Positions 47,922 through 57,598 of a stretch of DNA of 64,000 nt are shown piece by piece. This stretch comes from an uncultured Bdellovibrionales bacterium. Lineage in GTDB: Bacteria; Patescibacteriota; Minisyncoccia; Moranbacterales; UBA1568. Position 1 is the stretch's first letter; each line of letters begins with the position of its first letter. The stretch spans positions 305,709 to 369,708 of the forward strand of contig CAYLJX010000001.1 in the NCBI GenBank assembly GCA_964384235.1, given 5' to 3'. The notes under the pieces are model-generated. The model was not told the origin of the DNA. It made no database searches and saw only the letters and a program-made list of their open reading frames with translations. The position numbers were made by a program, and so were the translations under genes.

Positions 47922-48350
47922 CTAAAAGAATTTCGTTTGTTTTTCCGCCTCGTCCATGGCCTTGTTCGCCTCCGCATCCGCCACGGTATTCTGTTCGCGC
48001 GGCACATGGACGAACCGCACCTCGCCGAAATCGAGCATCAGATTCCAGACAGCGAAGAAAAGCTTCTGGATATGTTCCTTTTCCACCTTGTACTGATGGG
48101 TGAGCTGCTTCATGGCGAGTTCCGAATCCATCCGACATTCCACCGCCGTCTGTTTGGCACGCTCCTTGCCGATGAGGGATTTGATCTTCTTGAGACCCGC
48201 CGCGATGGCCATGTATTCGGCCTCGTTATTCGTCTTCTCGCCCAAAAATTCCCCGAACCGCTTGTCGAGCGTCTCGATATATACTCCCAAAGCGGCCGGA
48301 CCGGGATTGCCGCGCGATCCGCCGTCACTGTACATCACGATTTTTTCCAT
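47922..48350 (-). CDS. rnhA: Ribonuclease HI
   Basis: Start at the internal ATG (MEKIVMYSDGGSRGNPGPAA...). The DEDD catalytic residues are present (D..E..D..D). Confidence 0.8.
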   Translation of the reverse strand: MEKIVMYSDGGSRGNPGPAALGVYIETLDKRFGEFLGEKTNNEAEYMAIAAGLKKIKSLIGKERAKQTAVECRMDSELAMKQLTHQYKVEKEHIQKLFFAVWNLMLDFGEVRFVHVPREQNTVADAEANKAMDEAEKQTKFF

Positions 48351-48433
48351 ACTGAATATCAAAAAATCCGAAAGATTTCCCTTCCATGATACCACAAAAA
48401 ACAAGGGTTGCTCAGACATTCATCCAAACAACC

Positions 48434-48826
48434 CTATACGTCCTTGGTCGTGAGCCGACTGAGAAACGCCAGGTATTCCGCCGGACAGAGATCCTTGAGA
48501 GCGACCTCTGTCACAGGAGCAGCTCTCCTGTCCATCTCCGGAAACCGTTTTGCGGCCAAGCGATTCAAAAGAACGACTTCGTCCGAAATTTTCTGCCTCA
48601 CGATCATGGCCAGATCCTCACATTCCCATTCGGGAATCCCTCCTGGAGCAATCTTCGGTCGCCAGTCCTGATCGAGAAAAAGCACGACTTTCGCCGTCTT
48701 CTTTTGATCATCCATGTTAATGATTTTCCCGAGCCGCCAGCTCGTATCACGATGATCTTTCTGATTTCGGAAGAAACAGCACACTACCTGCCCCACCTTG
48801 TACCAGGACAGCTTCATTTTCACCAT
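48434..48826 (-). CDS. Hypothetical protein
   Basis: The track ORF starts with GTG. The ATG at 48826 (MVKMKLSWYK...) gives about 130 aa. No family recognised. The overlapping plus-strand ORF was rejected. Confidence 0.45.
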   Translation of the reverse strand: MVKMKLSWYKVGQVVCCFFRNQKDHRDTSWRLGKIINMDDQKKTAKVVLFLDQDWRPKIAPGGIPEWECEDLAMIVRQKISDEVVLLNRLAAKRFPEMDRRAAPVTEVALKDLCPAEYLAFLSRLTTKDV

Positions 48827-48854
48827 GTTTTCCCCCACTCAAAGTTGAAAAGAA

Positions 48855-50561
48855 CTACGTTTTCCGCCGGATGTCCACGAGCTTGAGCTGCAGGCTCGTG
48901 TGACCGTTCCAGGTATTCTCGTTCAAGGTAAAGGCGACGTCAAGCCGCTCTCCTTCCTTGAGATCAGGAAAGGCCTCACCAAGGGAAAATCCGATGGCAT
49001 CGAAGCGTCGCGATCCGTCCGGTGACGCGAGGACGAACTTGAGATGCTTTTCCCCGTTCCCCACGAAGCGCACCGACTCGATGATCATATCCTCAAGCGC
49101 GAACACCGGCTCCGTATTCCCCTCGCCGAAAGGAGCAAAGAGCATGGTGTCGGAGAAAAGCTTCGGAACGATATGTTCCGGTCGCAGACGGCAGTCGATC
49201 AGGAGTTCCGGTTCCGTCACGACGCCCTGGAGCTTCTCCTCCACGAGCGCGTTGAATCTCTCATAAAACATATCCAAACGATCGTTTCTGATCGTCATGC
49301 CGGCCGCCTGGGAATGTCCGCCGAACTTCTCGAGCATGTCGCCGCACTCCTCGAGCGTCTCGATGATACTCAGTTCCGGAATGCTCCGAAACGATCCTTG
49401 ACTCGTCGTCTCTCCCTTGGTCAGGACGCAGGTCGGCTTACGAAACTCGTTGGCGATCCGTCCTGCGACCAGCCCGACGATCCCGAAAGGATAGTGTTCG
49501 CTCACCGCGAAAATGAACTTCTTGTCGGCATATTTCTCCTTGGCCACCGAACGTACCATGTCCGTCGTCTCGGTACTCACCTTCTGCCGGGCGACGTTCT
49601 GCGCTTCCAGATCGAGAGCAAGCATCCGGGCATCGGCCGGATCGCGCTCCATGAGGAGGTTGTGGGCAAGCAGGGCGTGCGCCATCCGGGATGCAGCATT
49701 GATACGCGGTGCGATCTGGAAACCAATCATACGCGCATCCGGTCTCGCCTCCTCACTTATCTTCATCCCACCGACCGCGAACATCTCTTGGAAGCCTACC
49801 CGACGCGTCTTGGACAAAACGATGAGGCCGTACTTCACGATGGTGCGATTCTCCCCGACAAGCGGCATGACATCCGCCACCGTCCCGGTCGCCACCACAT
49901 CAAGGAGCCACTTGAGTTGTTCCTTTTCTTTCGGAAGAAACCGCTCATAAAGGGCCTGCGCCACCTTGAAGCTCGTCCCGGCGCCGCAGAGTTCATGAAA
50001 CGGATAGGTTTCGCCGGGAAGCTTGGGATTGATGATGGCAAACGCATCCGGCAATACCTCCGGCACATGGTGATGATCGATGACGATGACCTGCATGCCT
50101 CGACCGTTCGCCGCCGCTATTTCGGCATGGTTGGTCATGCCACAATCGAGTGTCAGGACCAGTTTCACCCCTTCCTTCTCGAAGAAATCCAGTGCGTTCA
50201 TATTGAGCCCGTGTCCCTCGGAAAGCTTCTCGGGGATATAGACACGCGTCGCGACACCGAGCGCCGTGAGCGCCTCGCGCATGATGACCGACGACGTCAC
50301 TCCGTCCGCGTCATAGTCGCCGAAGACACCGACGATCTCGCTCTTCTCCTTGGCCTCGCCGATACGCCGTACCACGAGATCCATCTGCCGAAAGAGAAAC
50401 GGGTCATGGAGATCCCGATCGAAATTGGGGGAGAGAAACCTCTCTCGTGCCTCCTCGTCGGCATATCCGCGCTCCCGGAGCAACGCTTCCGTCACAGGAT
50501 GAAAAGCCGCCTTCTCGGCGGCTTCCTGAATGGAGTCGATCTTGTATTTCCATTTTGGCAT
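48855..50561 (-). CDS. recJ: Single-stranded-DNA-specific exonuclease RecJ
   Basis: 568 aa with DHH motifs (VFGDYDADGV, DHHH) and a DHHA1 domain. Confidence 0.9.
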   Translation of the reverse strand: MPKWKYKIDSIQEAAEKAAFHPVTEALLRERGYADEEARERFLSPNFDRDLHDPFLFRQMDLVVRRIGEAKEKSEIVGVFGDYDADGVTSSVIMREALTALGVATRVYIPEKLSEGHGLNMNALDFFEKEGVKLVLTLDCGMTNHAEIAAANGRGMQVIVIDHHHVPEVLPDAFAIINPKLPGETYPFHELCGAGTSFKVAQALYERFLPKEKEQLKWLLDVVATGTVADVMPLVGENRTIVKYGLIVLSKTRRVGFQEMFAVGGMKISEEARPDARMIGFQIAPRINAASRMAHALLAHNLLMERDPADARMLALDLEAQNVARQKVSTETTDMVRSVAKEKYADKKFIFAVSEHYPFGIVGLVAGRIANEFRKPTCVLTKGETTSQGSFRSIPELSIIETLEECGDMLEKFGGHSQAAGMTIRNDRLDMFYERFNALVEEKLQGVVTEPELLIDCRLRPEHIVPKLFSDTMLFAPFGEGNTEPVFALEDMIIESVRFVGNGEKHLKFVLASPDGSRRFDAIGFSLGEAFPDLKEGERLDVAFTLNENTWNGHTSLQLKLVDIRRKT

Positions 50562-50588
50562 GTTTTTTTCTTTCTGTGCCCGACACCT

Positions 50589-51140
50589 CTACACACACGT
50601 CAGCTCGGCATCGAAGCGTTTCTTGTCACGGTCGCGCAGGGTAAGCTTGAGCACGACCTTTTCCCCTTTGCCTTCGGTGCAGAGAAAATCACGATTGAGT
50701 CCGAGATCGCGCGCCAGGCGCTGTGCGTCAAGCGTATACGGATCGACGTTCACCACATACTCCGTCGTCGTGAAAAGCGACTTGATCCGATCGATCACTT
50801 CGTTGGGCATCGTCATGTCACGCACGATGAAGTCCTTGACCCCGAGCTCCTTGGCCCGGACCTGATCCTCTTCGCGTCCGAGGTGCGAGAGGAACATGAC
50901 CGGGACATGTGCGGTCGCCACGTTCTTCTTGAGCGCCTCGACCAGACCGAAGCCGTCGAGCCGCGGCATGATGATACCCGTGATGATGACATCCGGCATG
51001 ATCTGACTGACCATTTCCAGACCCTCCAGACCGTCACCCGCCTCGCGGATCTCGAACCCGGCTCCCCGGAGGAACTCAGCATAGAGCGTGCGCGTATCGA
51101 GGTCGTCGTCGATGAGGAGAATGGAGAGATGTTTGTTCAT
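50589..51140 (-). CDS. Response regulator receiver-domain protein with a C-terminal domain of unknown function
   Basis: REC domain (LLIDDD with the phospho-acceptor D, and the IITGIIMP region). No sensor kinase is adjacent. Confidence 0.75.
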   Translation of the reverse strand: MNKHLSILLIDDDLDTRTLYAEFLRGAGFEIREAGDGLEGLEMVSQIMPDVIITGIIMPRLDGFGLVEALKKNVATAHVPVMFLSHLGREEDQVRAKELGVKDFIVRDMTMPNEVIDRIKSLFTTTEYVVNVDPYTLDAQRLARDLGLNRDFLCTEGKGEKVVLKLTLRDRDKKRFDAELTCV

Positions 51141-51210
51141 ACTCGATCCGTTAAAAAAGACTTCTCTCCCATTGTAGGAAAAAAGCCTCTTTCTGGCAAA
51201 ACCAGCAATC

Positions 51211-52332
51211 TCACTGTTTTTTCTCCTGTTCCCGGAGTGCCTCGATCAGCCGCTTTTCTTCGGAAGAGAGTTTCTTGGGAACGGACAGGCGGATTTGGAC
51301 AAGGTGATCGCCCCGACCGTAGCGACCGAGGTGCGGCACGCCCTTGCCTTTGATCCGAAAGACTTCTCCCGGTTGTGTCCCGGCGGGAATCTTCATAGTC
51401 ACGTCCCCTTCGATGGTCCCTATCTCCACCTTGTCACCGAGTACCGCCTGGGCATAGGTAGTCTCGAATATCGATATGATATCGTCACCACGACGCGTGA
51501 GCAACGCGTGCGGACGGACATGGATCGTGATAAAAAGATCTCCTGCCGGAGCACCCGCCTCACCGGCCGCTCCACCGCCTGGTACGGACACGATCTGTTC
51601 GTCGTGCACCCCGGCTGGGATATCCACAGTAATCGTTTCTTCCTCTTGGACACGTCCGTCCCCGTTGCAGGTACGGCAGCGCTCGGTATAGATCTTACCC
51701 TTGCCACGGCAGCGGTCACACACGGCGATCTGCGCGAACGTCCCAAAGACGCTCTGTACGGTTTTTCTGACCTCGCCCTTCCCCTGGCACTGCGGACACG
51801 TCTCCTCCTTGGATCCCGGCTGTCCGCCTGTTCCGGAACAGGTACCGCAGCGTTTCAGTTTGCGCAGGCGGATTTCTTTCTTCGTACCGCGCACCATCTC
51901 CTCGAAGGTGATTTCCGTATCCACCTGGATATCCATACCGGCCTGCCGACCCCTGCCCCGGCGTGCGCCACCGAAAATATCCGAGAAAATATCCTCGAAT
52001 CCTGCTCCACCGAAATTAAAACCGCCGGATGACCCGCCTTGGGCGGAGAAATTACCGAAATCGAAACCGGAAAAGTCAAAACCACCGAACCCCTGGCCCG
52101 CGCCCGGTCCGGCCCCCGCTCCATTGAACGTCTGTCCGAACTGGTCGTACTGGCGACGCTTCTCCTTGTTCGAGAGAACCTGGTAGGCTTCGTTGATCTC
52201 CTTGAACTTCTTCTCATCGCCGCCGCCCTTGTCCGGATGATATTTGTGGGCAAGCTTGCGGAACGCCTTCTTGATATCGTCTTCCGACGCATCCCGCGCC
52301 ACGCCTAAAATGTCATAGTAATTCACTGCCAT
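51211..52332 (-). CDS. dnaJ: Molecular chaperone DnaJ
   Basis: Start at the ATG (MAVNYYDILGV...). J domain with HPD, a G/F-rich region, four CxxCxGxG zinc motifs and a C-terminal domain. Confidence 0.9.
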   Translation of the reverse strand: MAVNYYDILGVARDASEDDIKKAFRKLAHKYHPDKGGGDEKKFKEINEAYQVLSNKEKRRQYDQFGQTFNGAGAGPGAGQGFGGFDFSGFDFGNFSAQGGSSGGFNFGGAGFEDIFSDIFGGARRGRGRQAGMDIQVDTEITFEEMVRGTKKEIRLRKLKRCGTCSGTGGQPGSKEETCPQCQGKGEVRKTVQSVFGTFAQIAVCDRCRGKGKIYTERCRTCNGDGRVQEEETITVDIPAGVHDEQIVSVPGGGAAGEAGAPAGDLFITIHVRPHALLTRRGDDIISIFETTYAQAVLGDKVEIGTIEGDVTMKIPAGTQPGEVFRIKGKGVPHLGRYGRGDHLVQIRLSVPKKLSSEEKRLIEALREQEKKQ

Positions 52333-52380
52333 AGTTTCAAAAGGATAGCATATTCCCCATCCTACCAAGGAAAACAAAAA

Positions 52381-52407
52381 TTAGCAATCTCTACGAAAGA
52401 CTGCTAA
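52381..52407. promoter_or_regulatory. CIRCE-like inverted repeat (HrcA operator) upstream of dnaJ
   Basis: TTAGCAATC-tctacgaaa-GACTGCTAA against the consensus TTAGCACTC-N9-GAGTGCTAA (2 mismatches, exact 9-nt spacer). On the minus strand it is followed by TTTTTGTTTT, so it may double as the terminator of the upstream Fn3 gene. Confidence 0.55.
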
Positions 52408-52442
52408 TTCTTATCGGCTACCGTCCGCTACTATTCCATGCT

Positions 52443-54656
52443 TCACGGAGCCGTCCCGTTCGCGCACGGACCGAATCCGGACAAGACCCGGACACCGTTG
52501 ACATTGACACAGCTAGGAGCAAAGGCAGCCTCGACCGCTGAGAGAGAGTAATAGACATTGCCTTGGATGGTCCACGGGAAAGACGGCGTGGAAGACGATG
52601 AGGAACTACCGGAACCGGAAGAAGATCCGGAGGAGGTTCCTCCCGAAGTCACCATATTGAACCGCACCGGGGAAGATTGAGCGTAGTCGGTTCCTTGTCC
52701 TGCGACACCACCATCGTTGGCGAGACTGCAACCGCCGGAATTGCATTTCCTGACGATGGCAACAACTTCGTAAAGACCAGGGGTAGTTAAGTTTCCTGAA
52801 CCGGTCGGCCACTGGTAGGACCCGCTGCTGTTGCCTGATGAAATCGGATTTGTCTGAGAGCTGCCTCCGGCAAGACCGCTCGCGCCACCGGAAGCAGTGA
52901 CCAGCGAGACCTGTAGAATCACCTGGGTAACGGAAGGGGCTCCCGTCACGTTCCAACTGATCGGGATCGGAGAACCGATATTGTATGAACCGTTCTGGGT
53001 GGGAGACGTGAGCGTGATAGTCGTGTTACTCGGAACGGAAGATGGCCCCCCACTGCTCCCGCTCGTACTCCCTCCCGATCCGGTGCAGCTCCCAGCGAAG
53101 TTCAGTCCGAAGAGCTGTACGCTGTTCGTTCCTTGCGGAGTATAGTTCGCCGTGCCGGTGGCCGCCTGGACGTTGCAGGTATACCCCTGATTATTAGCGA
53201 GGGTCTGAGAACGGTTCGCCAGGACACTGAACGACGAAGCGGTCATATTTCCGATCGGTGCCGTCACCTGTGGAGTGACGTCGCTACCACGGCCCACGGA
53301 ACTGAACCGACAGGTGATCGCAAGCGTCATGTTCCCGTTCCCGTCGAAGGCGACCGTGGTGTGGAGCGGTACGCCGTCATTGCTCGTCCGATCGTTCGCC
53401 CAACTCTTCCCATAAAGGAACTGCGAAGAACCCGGAGTGGCGCACACTCCCCCGCCTGTGCTTCCCCCGCCGCTCACGCCGTCAGAACAATTGAAGCCGC
53501 TGGTGCAGTTAGCCGTACCGGAACCGCTGCCACCGGTATCCCCCGAAGCGGTGACGCTCCCGATACTGGACCACGACGTGGTGCCCGAGGTCGTGACCGC
53601 CCTCAACCGATAAGAGTATGTGGTGCTGCCCTGGACGGAAGAGTCGATATAGCTCGTCCCGGTAGTGGTCCCTAAAGCGGTAAAGAAAGAACACGCTATC
53701 CCCTCGCAACGTTGGATCTCATAGGAAGAGGCTCCCGAGACGGGTGTCCAGGAGAGGGAGACGTCACCGCCCGTGGTCGCAAGGGTAGGCTTCTGCGGAG
53801 CCGAGGAGGAAGAAGCGGTTGCGAGAGTAGTCGTACCGGACCAGGCGGAGACACCCTCCGAAGTGACGGTCCGCACCCGATAGGTATAGTTCTGGCCGGC
53901 GGAGAGGTCGGTGTCGGTGTAACTCGCCTGGGTGGTGGTCCCAAGGGAGGAAAAGGCCGTACAGCTCGTACCGGCACAACGCTCGATCTCATAGCCTGAG
54001 GCGCCTGCAACCGGGGTCCAGGAGAGGGAGGTCTGGGAGGGAGAGGCATTGGTGGAAGAGAGAGCGGTGGGAGCGGGAAGATCAGGACGGACCACTGGTT
54101 GGCCGCTGCGGTCATCGGTCACGGAGAGAGGTTCGGTGCCATCTGCTCCGGGAGCGGCTGCGATGAAGCCAGGATCGACGGTGCCGGCAGTGCCAGTACC
54201 GGCCTGGGAGACGATGCTGCAGCTGAAGCTGAAGCCATTGCCTGTGAGAGTCAGACCAGGGATGTTGGCTCCGAGGATTCGGATGGCGGTGTTCACCAGG
54301 AGCCAGGCACCAAGCATGAGAGCGAAGCCGATGAGGGCGGCCTTGATACCGCCTTTGGCGGTAGACATCATGGAGTCGTTGCCGGAGGAGACAATGTAGT
54401 AGATAGCCATGGCCACGATGACGGCGATGGCGAGGATGGTCATGAGACGGAGGCCGTAGTCGATGACACCCTTGCCTCCGAGGACGAGGTGGCAGAGGGT
54501 ACAGGGAGCGGTTTCGTTGATAGTGGGAGTGGACTGGTCATCGACTTGTCTCCCGCAGGGGACGAGGGCGGCCTCCACAGAGTGAAGAGGAAGAAAAGAG
54601 AAAAAGAAGGAAAGCAAGAAGAAAGAAAGGAAAAGGGAGCGGGAGAGGCGGGACAT
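52443..54656 (-). CDS. Large secreted/surface protein with a VirB2/TrbC-pilin-like two-helix membrane region, two tandem fibronectin type III domains, and Ser/Thr/Gly-rich C-terminal domains
   Basis: 737 aa. Signal peptide, CxxxC pairs, then two hydrophobic helices (ILAIAVIVAMAIYYI and AALIGFALMLGAWLL). Two Fn3 repeats (SLSWTPVAGASGYEIERC..., SLSWTPVSGASSYEIQRC...) are followed by low-complexity T/S/G-rich beta-rich regions. Confidence 0.8.
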   Translation of the reverse strand: MSRLSRSLFLSFFLLSFFFSFLPLHSVEAALVPCGRQVDDQSTPTINETAPCTLCHLVLGGKGVIDYGLRLMTILAIAVIVAMAIYYIVSSGNDSMMSTAKGGIKAALIGFALMLGAWLLVNTAIRILGANIPGLTLTGNGFSFSCSIVSQAGTGTAGTVDPGFIAAAPGADGTEPLSVTDDRSGQPVVRPDLPAPTALSSTNASPSQTSLSWTPVAGASGYEIERCAGTSCTAFSSLGTTTQASYTDTDLSAGQNYTYRVRTVTSEGVSAWSGTTTLATASSSSAPQKPTLATTGGDVSLSWTPVSGASSYEIQRCEGIACSFFTALGTTTGTSYIDSSVQGSTTYSYRLRAVTTSGTTSWSSIGSVTASGDTGGSGSGTANCTSGFNCSDGVSGGGSTGGGVCATPGSSQFLYGKSWANDRTSNDGVPLHTTVAFDGNGNMTLAITCRFSSVGRGSDVTPQVTAPIGNMTASSFSVLANRSQTLANNQGYTCNVQAATGTANYTPQGTNSVQLFGLNFAGSCTGSGGSTSGSSGGPSSVPSNTTITLTSPTQNGSYNIGSPIPISWNVTGAPSVTQVILQVSLVTASGGASGLAGGSSQTNPISSGNSSGSYQWPTGSGNLTTPGLYEVVAIVRKCNSGGCSLANDGGVAGQGTDYAQSSPVRFNMVTSGGTSSGSSSGSGSSSSSSTPSFPWTIQGNVYYSLSAVEAAFAPSCVNVNGVRVLSGFGPCANGTAP

Positions 54657-54707
54657 AGGGAGAAGTTTTGTTTGTGTTTTGAAATTCTATTCTTAGTATA
54701 CCATCAT

Positions 54708-54866
54708 TACCAAGCGTAGCGAGCGGAGCGCAGGTAAAATCGGGTCGATACCCGCGGCTTGCTTGCCCGCCTCCGGAGGGCCGCGTGGGGATCGGGAGCG
54801 GGGACTGCCCCGTGGTGCACCCCGAGTCCCGTCGGTGCGGCAGGAGGGGTAGCGTCGCCTCTACCT
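54708..54866 (-). pseudogene. Start-less relic of the C-terminal DTTPPAAPTGL tag-family gene (tag present, terminal stop lost)
   Basis: Minus-strand frame encodes ...GDATPPAAPTGLGVHHGAVPAPDPHAALRRRASKPRVSTRFYLRSARYAW*, with no start codon and an in-frame stop just upstream. Sits immediately upstream of the Fn3 gene. Confidence 0.35.
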
Positions 54867-54894
54867 CCACATCAGAGAAAGGCATTTTTCCTCC

Positions 54895-56025
54895 TCACGC
54901 CAGGAACTGCCGGTAGTTCGAATTGTTGACCACCCTGTATTCCGCTCCGTACGTATTGACAAACTCCGAGGGGACGCGGGCGTTCTTCTTCGGATTCCAT
55001 TTGAACTCAAACCCCCGTATACGACCGCCTTCTTCTTCCACATAATCTATCTCCTTCTGTCCATACGTCCTCCAAAAATAAGCATTGACTCCGTACGAAC
55101 GATGTGCATTAAACTTCTGCCGTTCGGCGATACAGTAGTTCTCCCACAGCGCGCCGACATCATCGCGCAGCGCCAACCTCCGATAGTTCTGCACCAGACC
55201 GTTCCTGATGCCCGTGTCATAAAAGTAGATCTTCACCGATTTCTTCACCTCGTTCCGCAGGTTTCGCGCGAAGGCGCGTACGGTAAAGATGACGAAACTC
55301 TGCTCAAGCACGTCGAGGTATTTCCGGACCGTCTGACGGCTCACCTGGAGCTCTTTCGCCAGTTCATTGTATGAGACCTCCTGCCCCAACTGCAAGGCAA
55401 TCAACTTCAAAAGGTCACGGACTAATCCGGATTTTTTCAGGTCATCGAAGCGAAGCGTATCCTTGTACAGGTATGCCGATGCCAACGCGTTCAACCGTTC
55501 CTCCGCCTGTCCTTCAGGCAATCCGAACACTTCCGGATAACTTCCGAAACGCAGTATCGCCTCGATGTCCTCATCCGATGTCAGGAGGTGTCCGGACGCG
55601 GTGATTTCTTCGAACGACAGCGGATAGAGCGTGAAATGAAAGGCACGTCCCGTGAGCGGTTCGGCCGTCTTGTCGGCCAGCTCGAAACTCGATGACCCGG
55701 TCGCGATAATCTGCAAATCAGGAAACGTATCGATAAGGAGCTTCAGCTTCAATCCGATATCCGGAATATACTGCGCTTCATCCAACACGACGACCTTGTG
55801 ATTCCCCAAAAACGCGTGCAACTTCCGAGAGTCAGCCACTGCTAACCCGTCCTGAGCCGAGACTTCCTCACAGTTGAAATATCCGGACGACGAATCAAAA
55901 TCCGCAAGGATTTTCTTCACCAGCGTGGTTTTCCCTACTTGTCTAGCACCGTATAAAACGATGATTTTCCCTTTAAAAAGCCTTTCTTTCAGAGATTTTT
56001 CTATGCTACGCTGAATGAGTTTCAT
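54895..56025 (-). CDS. AAA+ ATPase (AAA_14 / DUF4143 family)
   Basis: 376 aa with Walker A GARQVGKTT and Walker B VVVLDEAQ, plus a C-terminal DUF4143-like region. Its upstream region contains the palindrome ACTACAAATGTAGT. Confidence 0.85.
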   Translation of the reverse strand: MKLIQRSIEKSLKERLFKGKIIVLYGARQVGKTTLVKKILADFDSSSGYFNCEEVSAQDGLAVADSRKLHAFLGNHKVVVLDEAQYIPDIGLKLKLLIDTFPDLQIIATGSSSFELADKTAEPLTGRAFHFTLYPLSFEEITASGHLLTSDEDIEAILRFGSYPEVFGLPEGQAEERLNALASAYLYKDTLRFDDLKKSGLVRDLLKLIALQLGQEVSYNELAKELQVSRQTVRKYLDVLEQSFVIFTVRAFARNLRNEVKKSVKIYFYDTGIRNGLVQNYRRLALRDDVGALWENYCIAERQKFNAHRSYGVNAYFWRTYGQKEIDYVEEEGGRIRGFEFKWNPKKNARVPSEFVNTYGAEYRVVNNSNYRQFLA

Positions 56026-56125
56026 AATTTATTAAAATATTAAAAAGTGTAACTACAAATGTAGTATTTCATAAAATCATGAAAAATGCAACTCCAACAA
56101 TATCCTGAATCCTAACAGCCTCCGA

Positions 56126-57598
56126 TCACTGCGCCCCCAACCCCGTCGGCACGGCAGGAGGAGTGGTGTCGGCTGCTCCGCGCTCGTAGCCGCGCGTTCC
56201 GAGATAGGTCGTCCGATACGATCCCTGCAGATTGCCATTGCTATCCAGGATCCCGGTCGCGGGCGCACCGCTCAACACGTTGGCGACGGTCGGCACCTGA
56301 CCGCCGCTGTAATTGATACGATTGGGTGATCCGGAGGAGTTCACGACGATATCCGCGTTGAAGCTCGCCGGACCGGTATCGAAGTTTGACAATTCGACGG
56401 TGCCAACATAGGTGTTGCGGTAAGACTCGAATGCCCCCCATCCCCCGGTCTCCTGACCGATCCAGAGCGCCATGCTGCCACGTGCCAGATTGTATGATAC
56501 TTCGACATTGTTGACCGTCGGGTAGGTATCGATCCAGATCGCCTGACCGTTCGGGATATTGAAACGGTTGTCCCGTATGTACCAGTAAGAGAAGTTCATC
56601 TTCGGTCCCACACCCTTGGAATCGCTCGCCGTGATATTCGTAAACGTGTTCCGTTCGACCAGAACCTTGTCGGCCCAATACCCGAGGATGCCGTAGGCCG
56701 TGCCGCCGATGAAATCGGAGAACGTATTGCCCACGAACGCGATATGATTCGACTTGCTCCCGCCATTGGCGATCATTACTCCGGACGCGTTCGTGCCGAC
56801 CCCTCCCGCGCCGACCGGCATGTCATCGAAGGTGTTGCGATAGAACATCATGTCGTTTCCGCCGCTGTCGATATGGACGCCGAAGTCGGTATTCATATTG
56901 CGGATCGTCAGTCCTTCCATGTACCAATTCGAAATCGCCGGGTACGCCGAGATATGCGATCCGGTGACGTTGATGACGGGTGACTCGCCTGGATACGCGA
57001 GCCACACCGTCGGCTTGTGCGACGGCATTGCCAGCCGCCACCCGTCCTCGACCGGCGCGGCGTTGGTATTGTATGTCCCGTTGCGATAGTAGACGAACTG
57101 GCCGTTGTATGTCGTGTCCGCCTTCGCGATATACCAGTCGTCAATCGAATTGAACGGCGATGCGGCAGAACCGGTACCGCCGCCCGGCGCCGAAGCATCG
57201 ACGAAGATGAAGCCGCTCGTCGTGACAGTGATCGCCCATGTCACGCTGGCCGTACCACCCGCCGCATCCGTCGCCCGAACCGTCACGGTATGCGGACTGC
57301 CAGTCGTGGTCGGATTCGGCCAAGACAATACGCCGGTTGACGCATCGATGGACATGCCGGACGGCCCACTAATCAGACTGTAGGTATTGGGAAAAGTGCC
57401 GCCGATTACCGCGATCGGCACTTCGTACCGTAAACCCGGATAGGCCTTGTAATAACGGTTGCCGATATCCAACCCAGCACGTGGTGCGATGATCTCAATC
57501 GGTTGAATCGCCGCTTGGGCGTTTTCAGGAAAGAGAGAAATGAGGACCACGAATCCGACAAAGACATCCCGGAAAATACGCGCCGTTTTTTCGGACAT
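56126..57598 (-). CDS. Secreted right-handed parallel beta-helix (pectate-lyase-fold) protein with an N-terminal cadherin-like/He_PIG Ig domain, ending in the DTTPPAVPTGLGAQ tag
   Basis: 490 aa. Signal peptide, then an Ig-like SGPSGMSIDASTGVLSW domain, then repeated N/G-x-x-F/I beta-helix rungs (MFYRNTF, AFVGNTF, VERNTFTN, IRDNRFN). TGA stop directly follows the tag. Confidence 0.85.
   Translation of the reverse strand: MSEKTARIFRDVFVGFVVLISLFPENAQAAIQPIEIIAPRAGLDIGNRYYKAYPGLRYEVPIAVIGGTFPNTYSLISGPSGMSIDASTGVLSWPNPTTTGSPHTVTVRATDAAGGTASVTWAITVTTSGFIFVDASAPGGGTGSAASPFNSIDDWYIAKADTTYNGQFVYYRNGTYNTNAAPVEDGWRLAMPSHKPTVWLAYPGESPVINVTGSHISAYPAISNWYMEGLTIRNMNTDFGVHIDSGGNDMMFYRNTFDDMPVGAGGVGTNASGVMIANGGSKSNHIAFVGNTFSDFIGGTAYGILGYWADKVLVERNTFTNITASDSKGVGPKMNFSYWYIRDNRFNIPNGQAIWIDTYPTVNNVEVSYNLARGSMALWIGQETGGWGAFESYRNTYVGTVELSNFDTGPASFNADIVVNSSGSPNRINYSGGQVPTVANVLSGAPATGILDSNGNLQGSYRTTYLGTRGYERGAADTTPPAVPTGLGAQ

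Noticed and set aside
49044-51353. 769-aa plus-strand ORF spanning recJ, the response regulator and dnaJ in antisense
   Set aside because: Crosses three independent, well-supported minus-strand genes. No domain features.
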